Below are positions 7,761 to 18,793 of a stretch of DNA of 64,000 nt, piece by piece (the first letter of the stretch is position 1; every line of letters starts with the position of its first letter). The stretch spans positions 8,012-72,011 of the forward strand of contig CAJBKE010000017.1 in NCBI GenBank assembly GCA_903953565.1, read 5' to 3'. A program made the translations under genes and the position numbers. The stretch is from an uncultured Verrucomicrobiota bacterium (GTDB lineage Bacteria; Verrucomicrobiota; Verrucomicrobiia; Chthoniobacterales; JACTMZ01). The notes beneath the pieces were generated by a model. It saw only the letters and a list, made by a program, of their open reading frames with translations, searched no databases and was not told where the DNA came from.

Positions 7761-10700
7761 TCAGGAAACCTTCGCGCGCCAACGGCGACGCAGCGGCCAG
7801 AGCATCATGGCGAGCAGGCCGATCGCGGCGACGTAGGTCGAGGGTTCAGGAATGGCGGTGATGGTGAAGGTGCTTGTGCCTTCGTCCCATGAAGAGCTGC
7901 CGATACCGCCGTTGGTGAAGCTGAAAAGCGATGAGTTGGTGATCGAAGTTCGCAGGTCGCTTCGGAAAACAAGTGTGCTGCCAAAGTCGAAGTTGTTGAT
8001 CGTGAGCAAGGCGCTCGGTGCGTAGGTGCCGAAGGTCAGGTTGCCCGCCGTGCCGCTGCCGAAGTCGAGGAACGACGCCTGCGTGAGGTTGAGGTTGCCG
8101 AAGACTTCGCTCACGCCGCTGCCGCGCGTGATGGTGCCGCCGCTCAAGGTGACCGACGCGCTGTTGTTCACCTGGTTGCTTTGCGAGACGAGCAGCGTGG
8201 CGCCGTTGGTCACGCCGAGCGATGTGACGGAGCCCGCGGCGGAACTACCGCTTGCGGCCAAGGCCAAAGTGCCGGCTTGCACGTTGAGCGGACCACTGAA
8301 GCTGTTGCCGGCCGTCAGGGACAAAGTGCCCGCACCTTTCTTGGTCAGACCGCCCGTGCCGACGAATGATCCGGATCCGGTGACCGTGGCACCCGAGGCC
8401 ACGGCGATGGAAGATGCGGTGTCGGCCAAGGTGACTTGCCCGGCGGTTTCGAAGCTGTTGGCGAAGCTGTATTGGAAAACGGTCATCTGGTTGGTCATGC
8501 GACCGCTGCCGAGGAACTCGACGAGCGAAGCCATCGTTGTCTGAAGGATGCGGCTGCCTCCTGCCCCGTTCGCGGTGGAGAAGCGCAACGTTCCCGCGCT
8601 GATCGTGGTATCGCCGGTGTAGGTGTTCGACGCGCTCAAGGTCGTCGTGCCTGCGCCGAGTTGCTTCACTGCGCCGTCACCGGAAATGGCGGCAGTGATC
8701 GTCGTGGCATCGCTTTGGTTGAAGTTGATTGCACCCGCACCCGCGCCGAAGGCGATAGTCGGAGCGGTGATTGTTCCCGCGGTGTCGTTGGTGCCGAAGC
8801 GGCCGATGTTCAGCGTGGCGACTGAGCCGTTCGAGGCGGCGATGGTCAGGCCCGAGCCGGCCGAAGCGTTGCCTCCGTTGGCCACCGTAAGGCTGTTGCT
8901 CACGCCGGCGTTGCCAACGAAGAGGCTGAAGGCATTGCTCCAGCGGGAGGCGGAGCCCGTGACCAGCACACTATTGTTGTCGGCCGGCACATCTCCTCCG
9001 ATGTAGCTGTGGATCCCGACGGTGACCAATCCGCCGTTCGAGATGACCATGCTGTTACCGCTGTTACCCGAGCCACCGACGAAGAGATAGAGCGCGTTGT
9101 TGAGTAGCGAGTTCGTCCCGGTAACGAGCACGCTGTTGTTGAGGGAAGAACCGAAGGTTCCGATTTGGCTGATCAAGGCCGCGACCGTTCCTCCATTGGA
9201 GACAACGAGGCTGTTGCTGCTGCCGTAAGCTCCGACATAGAAATAGCCGCTGTTGGTCCAGACGGAATTCGCCCCCGTGACCAGCGCGCTGTTGTTCGAG
9301 GAGAATCCGGTGTAGCCGATGCTACCTTGGCCGTTCGCCACCCTGCTTCCGTTGGAAATGATCAGGCTGTTGCTGCTGCCATCATTGCCGACATAGAGAG
9401 TGCCAGAGTTGGTCCAGAGGGAACTTGCCCCCGTGACCAATGCGCTGTTGTTCGATGAAATGGTGGCAGAACCGATATATCCGTTCGAACTGGCGGCCAC
9501 GCCGCCGTTGGAGATAGTCAGACTGTTGCCACTTCCCTCGCGACCGACTCGCAGATCGCTCGAGTTGGTCCAGACGGAATTTGTCCCGGTGACCAGCGCG
9601 CTGTTGCCGGAGGAATTGCCGAAGGTGCCGATGTAGCCATTCGCGCTAGCCACCCTGCCTCCGTTGGAGACGGTCAGACTGTTGTTGTCGCCCTCCCGAC
9701 CGACGCGGAAATCACTCGGAGTCGTCCAGAGCGAGCCGGAGCCCGTGACCAACGCGCTGTTGTTGGAGGAAACAGAACTGCTGCCAATGTAGCCCTGCTG
9801 AGATGCTACCGTTCCGCCGCCGGAGACAACGAGGCTGTTGCTGCGACCATCGAATCCGACATAAAGGATTCCGCTGTTGGTCCATAGGGAATTTGTTCCG
9901 GTGACGAGGGCGCTGTTGTTCGAGGAATTCACGGCCGAACCGATGTGGCCGACGTTGTTCGTAACCGACCCGCCATTGGAAATGACGAGACTGTTGCCGC
10001 TGCCCGAGTTGCCGACCACCATGTTGGAAGCAAAATTATGTGCTCCGCCGTTGGCGATGAAGGTCGCGCTATTTCCGGTGTTGCCGATGACAAAGTTGGT
10101 CAAGTTGTTGACCGTGGTTCCCTCGGAAATGATCGTCCCGCCGTTGAAAGCAACCACGCTGTTGGTTCCATTGGTCGCGGTGAGCGTTTTCACTTCGACC
10201 GAGCCGCCGGTGACGTTCAGCGCGCCGGAACCCGCACGGCCGATCTCGAACGTGCCGTTGGTCATGACGAACCGGCCGCTGCTGATGCTCACCGAGTTGT
10301 TCGCCGCGCCGGTGGCGACACCGATGACGAAGTTTGTGCCGCCGCTGGGGCCGTGATTTGCGTCGGGCCGCGATTTAAGAAAAACCTCAGCGTTGTTTGT
10401 GATGACCAAGCTGTTGCTGCTGCCCGAGTCGCCGACAGCCACATTGGCCCAGAACGTGTGCGTTCCTCCTTTGGCGACGAATGAGGCACCGCTTCCCGTG
10501 TTTCCGCCAATGTAAAACGTTCGGTTGTCGGAATTGCCGGTTTCGTTACTGATCGTAGTGGCCCCGGAAATGATCGTGCCGCTATTGAGCAGCACATAGC
10601 TGCCTCTTCTTTCCGCGGGGAATATCTGGCCGGACGGGGTGATGGGAGTGGTGGCGAGGAGTTGCTTCACCTCCACCGTGCCGCCATCGACTTGGAGCGT

Positions 10701-11819
10701 GCCCAGACCGGCACCGAAGTTGATCTGGCCATTGGTGACCACGAGTCTCCCGCTCTGCACGAGCACCAAGCTGCCCGCATAGCTACCGTTGGTGTTCTTA
10801 TAAAGCTGGTTGATGGTCAGGTTCGCGCCGCAGATCACGCTGCCGCCATCCGCGATGGTCAGGCTGTTACCGTCGCTGTTGCGGCCGACGACAAGGAGTC
10901 CGGTGCTGGTCCACGAGGAATTCGTCCCCGTGACCAGCACGCTATTGCTGGCATTACCTGACAGCGCAGGGTCGACGGAAGTATTCCCCACGCCAATGGT
11001 GCCCCCGGCACTAGTCAACGTGCCGCCGTTGGAGATGACCAACCGGTTGCCGGTGCCCTTGCCATAATAGCCGAGATTGATCGTCCCGCTCTCGGTCCAA
11101 GCCGATCCGCTCCCCGTGACCAGCACCGTGTTGTTGGACGAATCGCGGCCGATGACAGCCCCGACACTCGGATTAGTCGAAGTGACCGTGCCCCGGTTGG
11201 AGACAACCAGACTGTTGAAGTGCCCTAACCCCACATCGCCGCCGAGGTTGATGGAACCCGAGAGTAATGAACCCGCACCGCTCACGAGCACACTATTGCT
11301 GCTGGAGTATCCGCCAATGCGGACACCAGAGCTGGCCAGAGCCTGTCCGCCATTTGAGATGATCAAACTGCTCCAGCCGGCCGGGAAGCCGAGATCGATA
11401 TTGAAGCCGATATCAAAACTGCTGGCGGTCCATCGGGAATTCGTCCCCGTGACCAGCGCGCTGCTGTTGCTGGCGAGGGAACTGTAGCCAATGTAAGCAT
11501 ACCGGGCGGTGGCGACCTGACCGCCATTGGAAATGACCAGTCGGCTGTCACTGCCATTGACGCCGACGAAAAAGTCGTTCGTGTTGGTCAGCAGCGTGCC
11601 GGAGCCGGAAACATTCAGCAGGTTGTTCGTCGCACTGAAGGTAGAAACGTTGCTTGAGTAACCGACATAAACGTTCGCGAAAAGGTTGGTGCCCGAGGTG
11701 AAATTCGTCGTGACGTTCGCAGCGTTGGAACCGACATAGAGATCTTGGGCGCGGCCGCGCGCCACGGGCAGAAAGAGAACGGCGCAGAGCACCGCGGCGA
11801 GTGGAAGGGAGCGTTTCAT
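7761..11819 (-). CDS. giant autotransporter-associated beta-strand-repeat protein with PEP-CTERM anchor
   Basis: Start preferred at ATG 11819 (MKRSLPLAAVLCAVLFLPVARGRAQ signal peptide); the track start 11873 is less likely. About 1,000 aa consist of NSxLVTGxxSxWTN..GNSLxISNGG repeats. These are followed by LNIGRFGTNDTAGTITAPTIAFGAGAGAINFNQSD..SNTYTGDTTISAGTL. The C-terminus is IPEPSTYVAAIGLLAMMLWPLRRRWRAKVS. Confidence 0.9.
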   Translation of the reverse strand: MKRSLPLAAVLCAVLFLPVARGRAQDLYVGSNAANVTTNFTSGTNLFANVYVGYSSNVSTFSATNNLLNVSGSGTLLTNTNDFFVGVNGSDSRLVISNGGQVATARYAYIGYSSLASNSSALVTGTNSRWTASSFDIGFNIDLGFPAGWSSLIISNGGQALASSGVRIGGYSSSNSVLVSGAGSLLSGSINLGGDVGLGHFNSLVVSNRGTVTSTNPSVGAVIGRDSSNNTVLVTGSGSAWTESGTINLGYYGKGTGNRLVISNGGTLTSAGGTIGVGNTSVDPALSGNASNSVLVTGTNSSWTSTGLLVVGRNSDGNSLTIADGGSVICGANLTINQLYKNTNGSYAGSLVLVQSGRLVVTNGQINFGAGLGTLQVDGGTVEVKQLLATTPITPSGQIFPAERRGSYVLLNSGTIISGATTISNETGNSDNRTFYIGGNTGSGASFVAKGGTHTFWANVAVGDSGSSNSLVITNNAEVFLKSRPDANHGPSGGTNFVIGVATGAANNSVSISSGRFVMTNGTFEIGRAGSGALNVTGGSVEVKTLTATNGTNSVVAFNGGTIISEGTTVNNLTNFVIGNTGNSATFIANGGAHNFASNMVVGNSGSGNSLVISNGGSVTNNVGHIGSAVNSSNNSALVTGTNSLWTNSGILYVGFDGRSNSLVVSGGGTVASQQGYIGSSSVSSNNSALVTGSGSLWTTPSDFRVGREGDNNSLTVSNGGRVASANGYIGTFGNSSGNSALVTGTNSVWTNSSDLRVGREGSGNSLTISNGGVAASSNGYIGSATISSNNSALVTGASSLWTNSGTLYVGNDGSSNSLIISNGSRVANGQGSIGYTGFSSNNSALVTGANSVWTNSGYFYVGAYGSSNSLVVSNGGTVAALISQIGTFGSSLNNSVLVTGTNSLLNNALYLFVGGSGNSGNSMVISNGGLVTVGIHSYIGGDVPADNNSVLVTGSASRWSNAFSLFVGNAGVSNSLTVANGGNASAGSGLTIAASNGSVATLNIGRFGTNDTAGTITAPTIAFGAGAGAINFNQSDATTITAAISGDGAVKQLGAGTTTLSASNTYTGDTTISAGTLRFSTANGAGGSRILQTTMASLVEFLGSGRMTNQMTVFQYSFANSFETAGQVTLADTASSIAVASGATVTGSGSFVGTGGLTKKGAGTLSLTAGNSFSGPLNVQAGTLALAASGSSAAGSVTSLGVTNGATLLVSQSNQVNNSASVTLSGGTITRGSGVSEVFGNLNLTQASFLDFGSGTAGNLTFGTYAPSALLTINNFDFGSTLVFRSDLRTSITNSSLFSFTNGGIGSSSWDEGTSTFTITAIPEPSTYVAAIGLLAMMLWPLRRRWRAKVS

Positions 11820-12095
11820 CGAGGATTTCTTTCCGGCCGCGACCGACACCGACACTACAAGCCGCGTTGTCAAAGAAAGAGGTCCGCGGCCGGCGCACCT
11901 GAAACGATGACAACGAGGTGAAATAATGTCCTCTAAATCCCTACCCGCAAGCGGTTTTCAACCTTGGTAAGCCATGTCACTGGGCCGACACGGTGCAGGT
12001 TGTTGAAGCTAGAAGGGAAATTCCGGAAGCCTGGCCCCTTTTTTGCCCTTTGTGAGAGAAATGTCCTCCCCCCGGCTCAGGAACCTGAGAACTCT

Positions 12096-12170
12096 CACGG
12101 AGACACGGAGAGCACGGAGGTAAACAATCACAGGAAACCCTTCTGCGTTCTCTGTGCTCTCTGCGGTTTT
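12096..12170. repeat. REP/MITE-like family 1 arm pair (CACGGAGAGCACGGAGG ... CTCTGTGCTCTCTGCGGTT)
   Basis: Two imperfectly complementary purine/pyrimidine-biased arms are separated by 17 nt. The same arms flank a 164-nt interior at 51273-51494. Single arms lie at 44231-44258 and 48358-48395. Confidence 0.7.
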
Positions 12171-12176
12171 CCAAAC

Positions 12177-12204
12177 AATCGCGCTCGGAGTGCGCGATCC
12201 ACCC
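12177..12204. repeat. REP-like hairpin family 3
   Basis: AATCGCGCTCGGAGTGCGCGATCCACCC. Confidence 0.7.
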
Positions 12205-12267
12205 AAGATGATGAACTCACCTGGGCTTCCGCCCTTCGTTTCCTTCGTTACCTTTTGTTGAAAAAAC

Positions 12268-12687
12268 TCAAGCCGAGCGGCGGCGGCGTTTGACGCCGAG
12301 CATGGCCAGATTGCGCTTCAATCCGGCTTCCATCGCGGTGGCTTCTTCGTCGCTCATGTTCGCGCTGTTGGCCAGGGCGGTCTGGGCGCGTTCGATCGCT
12401 TTGGCCACGGCGTCTTCGTCGATCTCGCCTTCGCCGGCGACCATATCGGTCAGGATAGAAAGCCGGCCGGGCGTGATCTGGGCGAAGCCTTCGCCGATCG
12501 CGGCGTAGGTTGTTTTGCCTTCATGCACCACGGACAACTCACCGGGCTCGAGCATGGTCATGACCGGCTCGTGGTTCGGCAAGACGCCGATTTCGCCGGA
12601 CGTGGTGGGCAGCACGACCATGTCGACCTCGCCGGAGCGGGCAACGCCGGCGGGGGAGACGATTTCGAAATGGAGTTTGGCGGCCAC
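12268..12687 (-). CDS. atpC: F1 ATP synthase subunit epsilon
   Basis: 139 aa, MAAKLHFEIVSPAGVARSGEVDMVVLPTTSGEIGVLPNHEP. It is the last gene of the atp operon and starts 2 nt after the atpD stop. Confidence 0.93.
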   Translation of the reverse strand: MAAKLHFEIVSPAGVARSGEVDMVVLPTTSGEIGVLPNHEPVMTMLEPGELSVVHEGKTTYAAIGEGFAQITPGRLSILTDMVAGEGEIDEDAVAKAIERAQTALANSANMSDEEATAMEAGLKRNLAMLGVKRRRRSA

Positions 12688-12689
12688 GT

Positions 12690-14108
<1,419 letters not shown>

Positions 14109-14984
14109 TTAGCCCATGGCGATCTGTGCCGTGGAAATCTCGAGGATCTCCGTGGTGATCGCGGCCTGGCGGATTTTGTTGTATTCGAGGGTGAGATCTT
14201 TGATCAGGGACTTGGCGTTGTCCGTGGCGTTCTTCATCGCCACCATGCGCGCGCTCTGCTCGGAGGCGCGGGCGTTGAGGATCATGGCGTAGAGTTCGTT
14301 GCCGACGTAGAAGGGGAGCAGGGCGTTGAGCACTTCCTGCGGCGAGGGTTCGAATTTGAAGGCGGACATCGCCTCCTCCTCGGCCGGCGTGGTTTCCTCG
14401 ATGTGCTTCCCGCCCATGTCGAAGGACGCGATGGGCAGCAACTCGTGCGCGGACGGCACTTGCGTGAGGGTGTTGATGAAATCGGTGTAGAGCACGACGG
14501 CGCGGTCGCATTCGCCGGCGAGGAATTTCTCGATGATGAATTGCGAGACCGGCTTGACCTCGCCGTATTCCGGCGTGTCGCGCATGGGGAAGTCGGCGAG
14601 GAGCGGACGCTTGGTGCGGGCCAGAAAATCGACCGCCTTTTTGCCCGAGGCGATGAAACTGGTCGCGGAGGTGTCGAATTGCTGGATCTCGCGGAAGAGG
14701 TTCGTGTTGAGACCGCCGCACAGGCCTTTGTCCGTGGCGACGACATAGACCAGCGTGTGCTTGACCGGACGGACCTGGAGCAGCGGGTGGAGTTCGTCCT
14801 CGCTGTGCTTGCTCAGGGAGACGAGCACGCGGTTGAGCATGCGGGCATAGGGACGGGCATCCAAGGCGCGCTGCTGCGCCTTGCGCATCTTCGCCGCGGC
14901 GATCATCTGCATCGCCTTGGTGATTTGCGCCGTGTTGCGGACCGATTTGATCCGGCGGCGGATGTCCCGTGTCGTGTTGCCCAT
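14109..14984 (-). CDS. atpG: F1 ATP synthase subunit gamma
   Basis: 291 aa, MGNTTRDIRRRIKSVRNTAQITKAMQMIAAAKMRKAQ; C-terminus ITTEILEISTAQ. Confidence 0.96.
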   Translation of the reverse strand: MGNTTRDIRRRIKSVRNTAQITKAMQMIAAAKMRKAQQRALDARPYARMLNRVLVSLSKHSEDELHPLLQVRPVKHTLVYVVATDKGLCGGLNTNLFREIQQFDTSATSFIASGKKAVDFLARTKRPLLADFPMRDTPEYGEVKPVSQFIIEKFLAGECDRAVVLYTDFINTLTQVPSAHELLPIASFDMGGKHIEETTPAEEEAMSAFKFEPSPQEVLNALLPFYVGNELYAMILNARASEQSARMVAMKNATDNAKSLIKDLTLEYNKIRQAAITTEILEISTAQIAMG

Positions 14985-14990
14985 GGAAGC

Positions 14991-16523
14991 TTACTTGTAG
15001 AACTGGCCGAACTCGTCGAAGGCTGCCTTCAGTTCGGCGCCCAAGGCGTCGTCGATCGCTTTCTTCGTGCGGATGGCATCGAGGAGCGGCGCTTTGCGCG
15101 TCTCGAGGAATTCCTGCAACTTGGCCTGGTAATCCTTGATTTTGTCGACCTCGATCTTGTCCATGCAGCCCTGCTGCATGGCGTAAAGGACCGCGGCCTG
15201 CATCTCGACGGGCAGCGGCTGGTATTGCTGCTGCTTGAAAAGATCCACGATGCGGCGTCCGCGCTCGATCAGTCCCTTGGTCTTGTCATCGAGGTCGGAG
15301 CCGAACTGCGCGAAGGCGGCCATTTCGCGGAACTGAGCCAACTCGCCTTTGATTTTGCCGGCCACCTGCTTCATCGCCTTGATCTGCGCGGCGGAACCGA
15401 CGCGGCTGACCGAGAGACCGACGTTGATGGCGGGGCGGATGCCTTGATAGAACAAATCGCCTTCGAGGTAGATCTGACCATCGGTGATGGAAATGACGTT
15501 GGTCGGAATGTAGGCCGAGACGTCGCCGGACTGCGTCTCGATGATGGGCAGCGCGGTGAGCGATCCCCCGCCAGCTTCCTCGCTGAGACGCGCGCTGCGC
15601 TCGAGCAGGCGTGAGTGGAGATAGAAGACGTCGCCGGGATAGGCTTCGCGGCCGGACGGACGCTTCAAGAGCAGCGAGATCTGGCGATAGGCCACGGCTT
15701 GCTTGGACAAGTCGTCGAACACGATGAGCGCATCCATGCCGTTATCCATGAACCATTCGCCGATGGCCGCGCCGGCGAACGGCGCGAGATATTGGCTTGC
15801 CGCGTCATCCGAGGCCGAAGCCACCACGACGATGGTGTAGGGCATGGCGCCTTCTTTTTCCAAAGTGGAAATGACGCGCGCCACGTTGGCGTTCTTTTGT
15901 CCGACCGCGACGTAGATCGAATAAAGCGGACGGAAATCTTTGTCGCCCGAGGCCTCGCCCTGCTTGTTGAGGCGGCCTTGGCTGATGATCGAGTCGATGG
16001 CCACGGTGGTCTTGCCCGTGGCGCGGTCGCCGATGATGAGTTCGCGCTGTCCGCGTCCGATCGGAATCATCGCGTCGATGGCCATGATGCCGGTCTGCAC
16101 GGGCTGGGTCACCGGGCGGCGTTTGATGATGCCGGGGGCGATCTTTTCCAGCGGGTAGTAAGTCGTCGCGGCGATCGGGCCTTTGCCGTCGATCGGTTCG
16201 CCCAGCGTGTTGACCACGCGGCCGAGGAGGGCTTTGCCCACCGGGATGGAGAGGAGTTTGCCGGTCGTTTTGACTTCGTCGCCCTCTTTGATGCTGCCGT
16301 AGCTGCCGAGGAGCACGACACCGACTTCGTTTTCTTCGAGGTTGAGGGCGAGACCGAAGACGCCGCCGGGGAATTCGACCATCTCGTTGAGCATGACATT
16401 GCTCAACCCTTCGACGCGGGCGATGCCGTCGCCGACTTCGCGGACGCGGCCGGTGTTGGTGTGGGCGGCGCCGGACTGCAGGCCTTTGATCTTCGATTCG
16501 ATTTCTTGGACAAGTGTGCTCAT
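14991..16523 (-). CDS. atpA: F1 ATP synthase subunit alpha
   Basis: Start at ATG 16523 ([14 protein letters not shown]), which avoids overlap with atpH. Walker A GDRATGKT. The track start 16607 is over-extended. Confidence 0.96.
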   Translation of the reverse strand: MSTLVQEIESKIKGLQSGAAHTNTGRVREVGDGIARVEGLSNVMLNEMVEFPGGVFGLALNLEENEVGVVLLGSYGSIKEGDEVKTTGKLLSIPVGKALLGRVVNTLGEPIDGKGPIAATTYYPLEKIAPGIIKRRPVTQPVQTGIMAIDAMIPIGRGQRELIIGDRATGKTTVAIDSIISQGRLNKQGEASGDKDFRPLYSIYVAVGQKNANVARVISTLEKEGAMPYTIVVVASASDDAASQYLAPFAGAAIGEWFMDNGMDALIVFDDLSKQAVAYRQISLLLKRPSGREAYPGDVFYLHSRLLERSARLSEEAGGGSLTALPIIETQSGDVSAYIPTNVISITDGQIYLEGDLFYQGIRPAINVGLSVSRVGSAAQIKAMKQVAGKIKGELAQFREMAAFAQFGSDLDDKTKGLIERGRRIVDLFKQQQYQPLPVEMQAAVLYAMQQGCMDKIEVDKIKDYQAKLQEFLETRKAPLLDAIRTKKAIDDALGAELKAAFDEFGQFYK

Positions 16524-16545
16524 TGGGCTTGGTTTTCTAAATGGG

Positions 16546-16932
16546 TTAAACGGGCAAAGCTTCGAGGCGGGCGCGGACACTGCCGTCCCACACATCGCTG
16601 CCGACACGGACGCGCAGACCGCCGATCAGGTCGGGGCGCACCGTCGTGTCGAAGGTGAGGTCGTCGCCGTGGGTGCGGATGATGTCGGCGCGGAGGTTTT
16701 TCATTTCGGATTCGGCGAGCGGGGCGGCGCTTTCGATGACAACGTGGCGGCGCTCCAGTTCGAGCCGGACGAGGCGGGAAAGGACTTGCAGGATGGCGAG
16801 GTAGCCGCGCGGCTTTTCCGTGGCGATCGTGTCGGTCACGGTGCGGACGCGCGTCGCATCGAGGCGGCCGCCGGAAAGGCAGGCGCGGAAAAGCGAACGG
16901 GCGGTCTTGCGGGCTTCGCGGGGCGATTTCAT
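16546..16932 (-). CDS. atpH: F1 ATP synthase subunit delta (OSCP), short form
   Basis: 128 aa with the C-terminal OSCP-like motif [25 protein letters not shown]. It sits between atpF and atpA, with an ATGA overlap on the atpF stop. Confidence 0.8.
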   Translation of the reverse strand: MKSPREARKTARSLFRACLSGGRLDATRVRTVTDTIATEKPRGYLAILQVLSRLVRLELERRHVVIESAAPLAESEMKNLRADIIRTHGDDLTFDTTVRPDLIGGLRVRVGSDVWDGSVRARLEALPV

Positions 16933-17438
16933 GCGGCGATTTCTTTGATCGTCTCGTCGTTGAGGCGTTTCTGGTCGTCGGCGGTGAGAACCTTGCCGGT
17001 AACCTTCGCGGTGGTGGCGGCGACGAGCCCGACCATGGCGGTCTTGACGTCAGCTTCCATTTTGCGGCGGTCCTGCTCGATGGATTCGTGCGCTTTGCGG
17101 ATGACGCCTTCGGCTTCGGCGATGGCTTCCTGCACGCGTTTCTCGCGCACCGCTTCGGCGCTGGCGCGGGCCTCGTCGATGAGGGCTTTGGCCTCGTGGT
17201 CGGCCTTGGAGAGGATTTCCTTGTAGCGGGCTTCGGCGTCGGCCAGTTGCTGTTTCACTTTTTCCGCGTTGTCCTGCGCCTCGGCAATGCGGCGGCGGCG
17301 TTCGGCCAGCACGTTGACGATCGGGCCGAAGGCGAATTTGTTGAGGAACCAGTAGACGACGATGAAAATGATCGTCTGCGCGATGAACTTCGGCCACGTC
17401 ACGCCGAACTGGCTGAAAAGTTGTTCGAGAATCTGCAT
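16929..17438 (-). CDS. atpF: Fo ATP synthase subunit b
   Basis: 169 aa, with one N-terminal TM (FIAQTIIFIVVYWFLNKFAF) followed by a long charged helix. Confidence 0.9.
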   Translation of the reverse strand: MQILEQLFSQFGVTWPKFIAQTIIFIVVYWFLNKFAFGPIVNVLAERRRRIAEAQDNAEKVKQQLADAEARYKEILSKADHEAKALIDEARASAEAVREKRVQEAIAEAEGVIRKAHESIEQDRRKMEADVKTAMVGLVAATTAKVTGKVLTADDQKRLNDETIKEIAA

Positions 17439-17493
17439 GGTGCGCGGTTTTCGCGGAAGCGGGCCGCCCCTCGCGGGGCGGCCCGGACAACGG

Positions 17494-17736
17494 TTAGCGT
17501 CCGCCGAACGCGAGGATCAGGGCGTAAATGGCGATAGCTTCGGCCAGCGCCATTCCGATGATGCCCAGCGTCAGCACCTTGCCGAACGCTCCGGGGTTGC
17601 GGCCCACGGCCTCGACGGCCTTGGCGCCGACCATGCCGATGCCGATGGCGGCCCCGGCGCCGGCGATGGCGAGGGTGAAACTTCCGGAGATGCCCGAGGC
17701 GGCTGCCGCGGCTTCTGCGATGATGGGTGTGATCAT
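17494..17736 (-). CDS. atpE: Fo ATP synthase subunit c
   Basis: 80-aa hairpin of two TM helices, with Gly-rich helix 1 and a carboxylate in ALAEAIAIYALI. Confidence 0.95.
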   Translation of the reverse strand: MITPIIAEAAAAASGISGSFTLAIAGAGAAIGIGMVGAKAVEAVGRNPGAFGKVLTLGIIGMALAEAIAIYALILAFGGR

Positions 17737-17802
17737 ATTATTTCGTGTGTTGTTGTTGGTTCACGCCGCCCACGCTCTGGGCATGGTCACGGCGGGAAAG
17801 GG

Positions 17803-18651
17803 TCAGTGCGCTTCCTCCTCGTCGTGGGTCGTCGAGAGCGTGATGTAGACCGCGCAAAGCAGGGTGAAAACCATGGCTTGAAGCAGTCCGATCAACAGTT
17901 CGAGGAAGTAAAAGGGAAGCGGGAGGACGATGCTCGAGATGTAGGCGACGAAATCGGGCAGACCGAGTTTCTTGCCCAGCGTCAGCATGGTGACGAGAAG
18001 GTTCTCGCCGGCAAAGACGTTGCCGAAAAGACGGAGCGAAAGCGAAACGGGACGGAAGGCGATGGAAACAACTTCGATCACACCGACCATGAAGAAAATC
18101 GGCATAAGCACGACGGCCATGAAGCCCTTCAGTCCGCCCTTCACGCCGAACATGTGCTTGAGGAAGCCGCCGACGCCCATTTCTTGGATGGACCAGTAGA
18201 GCCAGAGCACCATGAAGACGAGGGCCATGGCCAATGTCATATTCAGGTCCGCAGTGGTCGGGCGGAGAATGGGCACCTCGATGTTCGGCACGGTGAGAAA
18301 ACCGGTGCGCTCGCCGAAACCAATCGAACCCACGCCGGGAAGGAGCGCGAACCAGTTAGAGACGAGGATGAAGATGAAGAGTGTGGCGAGCAGGGAGAAG
18401 ACCTTGCTCACCATGTGCGGCCCAACAATTTCCTCCACCGTGTCGTAGAGCGTTTCGACGATCGCTTCGAAAGCGTTTTGCGGACCGTCCGGCACGAGTT
18501 TCACTACCTTGGTGGCGCGCCGCGCGAAGAAAAACACTATGCCGACGACCAAGAGGGAGACGAGGATGGAGTTGGTCAGCCAGTCGATGTCCAATAGAAA
18601 CTTGTCCGCATAGAGCGGAATGCCGGCGGCGATGGGCAAAAAGAAGGTCAT
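17803..18651 (-). CDS. atpB: Fo ATP synthase subunit a
   Basis: 282 aa, multi-TM, with the conserved Arg motif LSLRLFGNVFAGE. No atpI-like ORF lies upstream. Confidence 0.95.
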   Translation of the reverse strand: MTFFLPIAAGIPLYADKFLLDIDWLTNSILVSLLVVGIVFFFARRATKVVKLVPDGPQNAFEAIVETLYDTVEEIVGPHMVSKVFSLLATLFIFILVSNWFALLPGVGSIGFGERTGFLTVPNIEVPILRPTTADLNMTLAMALVFMVLWLYWSIQEMGVGGFLKHMFGVKGGLKGFMAVVLMPIFFMVGVIEVVSIAFRPVSLSLRLFGNVFAGENLLVTMLTLGKKLGLPDFVAYISSIVLPLPFYFLELLIGLLQAMVFTLLCAVYITLSTTHDEEEAH

Positions 18652-18793
18652 GGACGATAAAAAAGCCGCAAGCGCGAACTCGCGGCGGAACGCTTCTTAT
18701 AAGCTGCCCTAATACTCCGACTCAAGCGCGAATTGCGCAGGGAAACATCACAAAAACCGTCATTGTCATGTGGACTCGCTGGGCTAGCGGACT

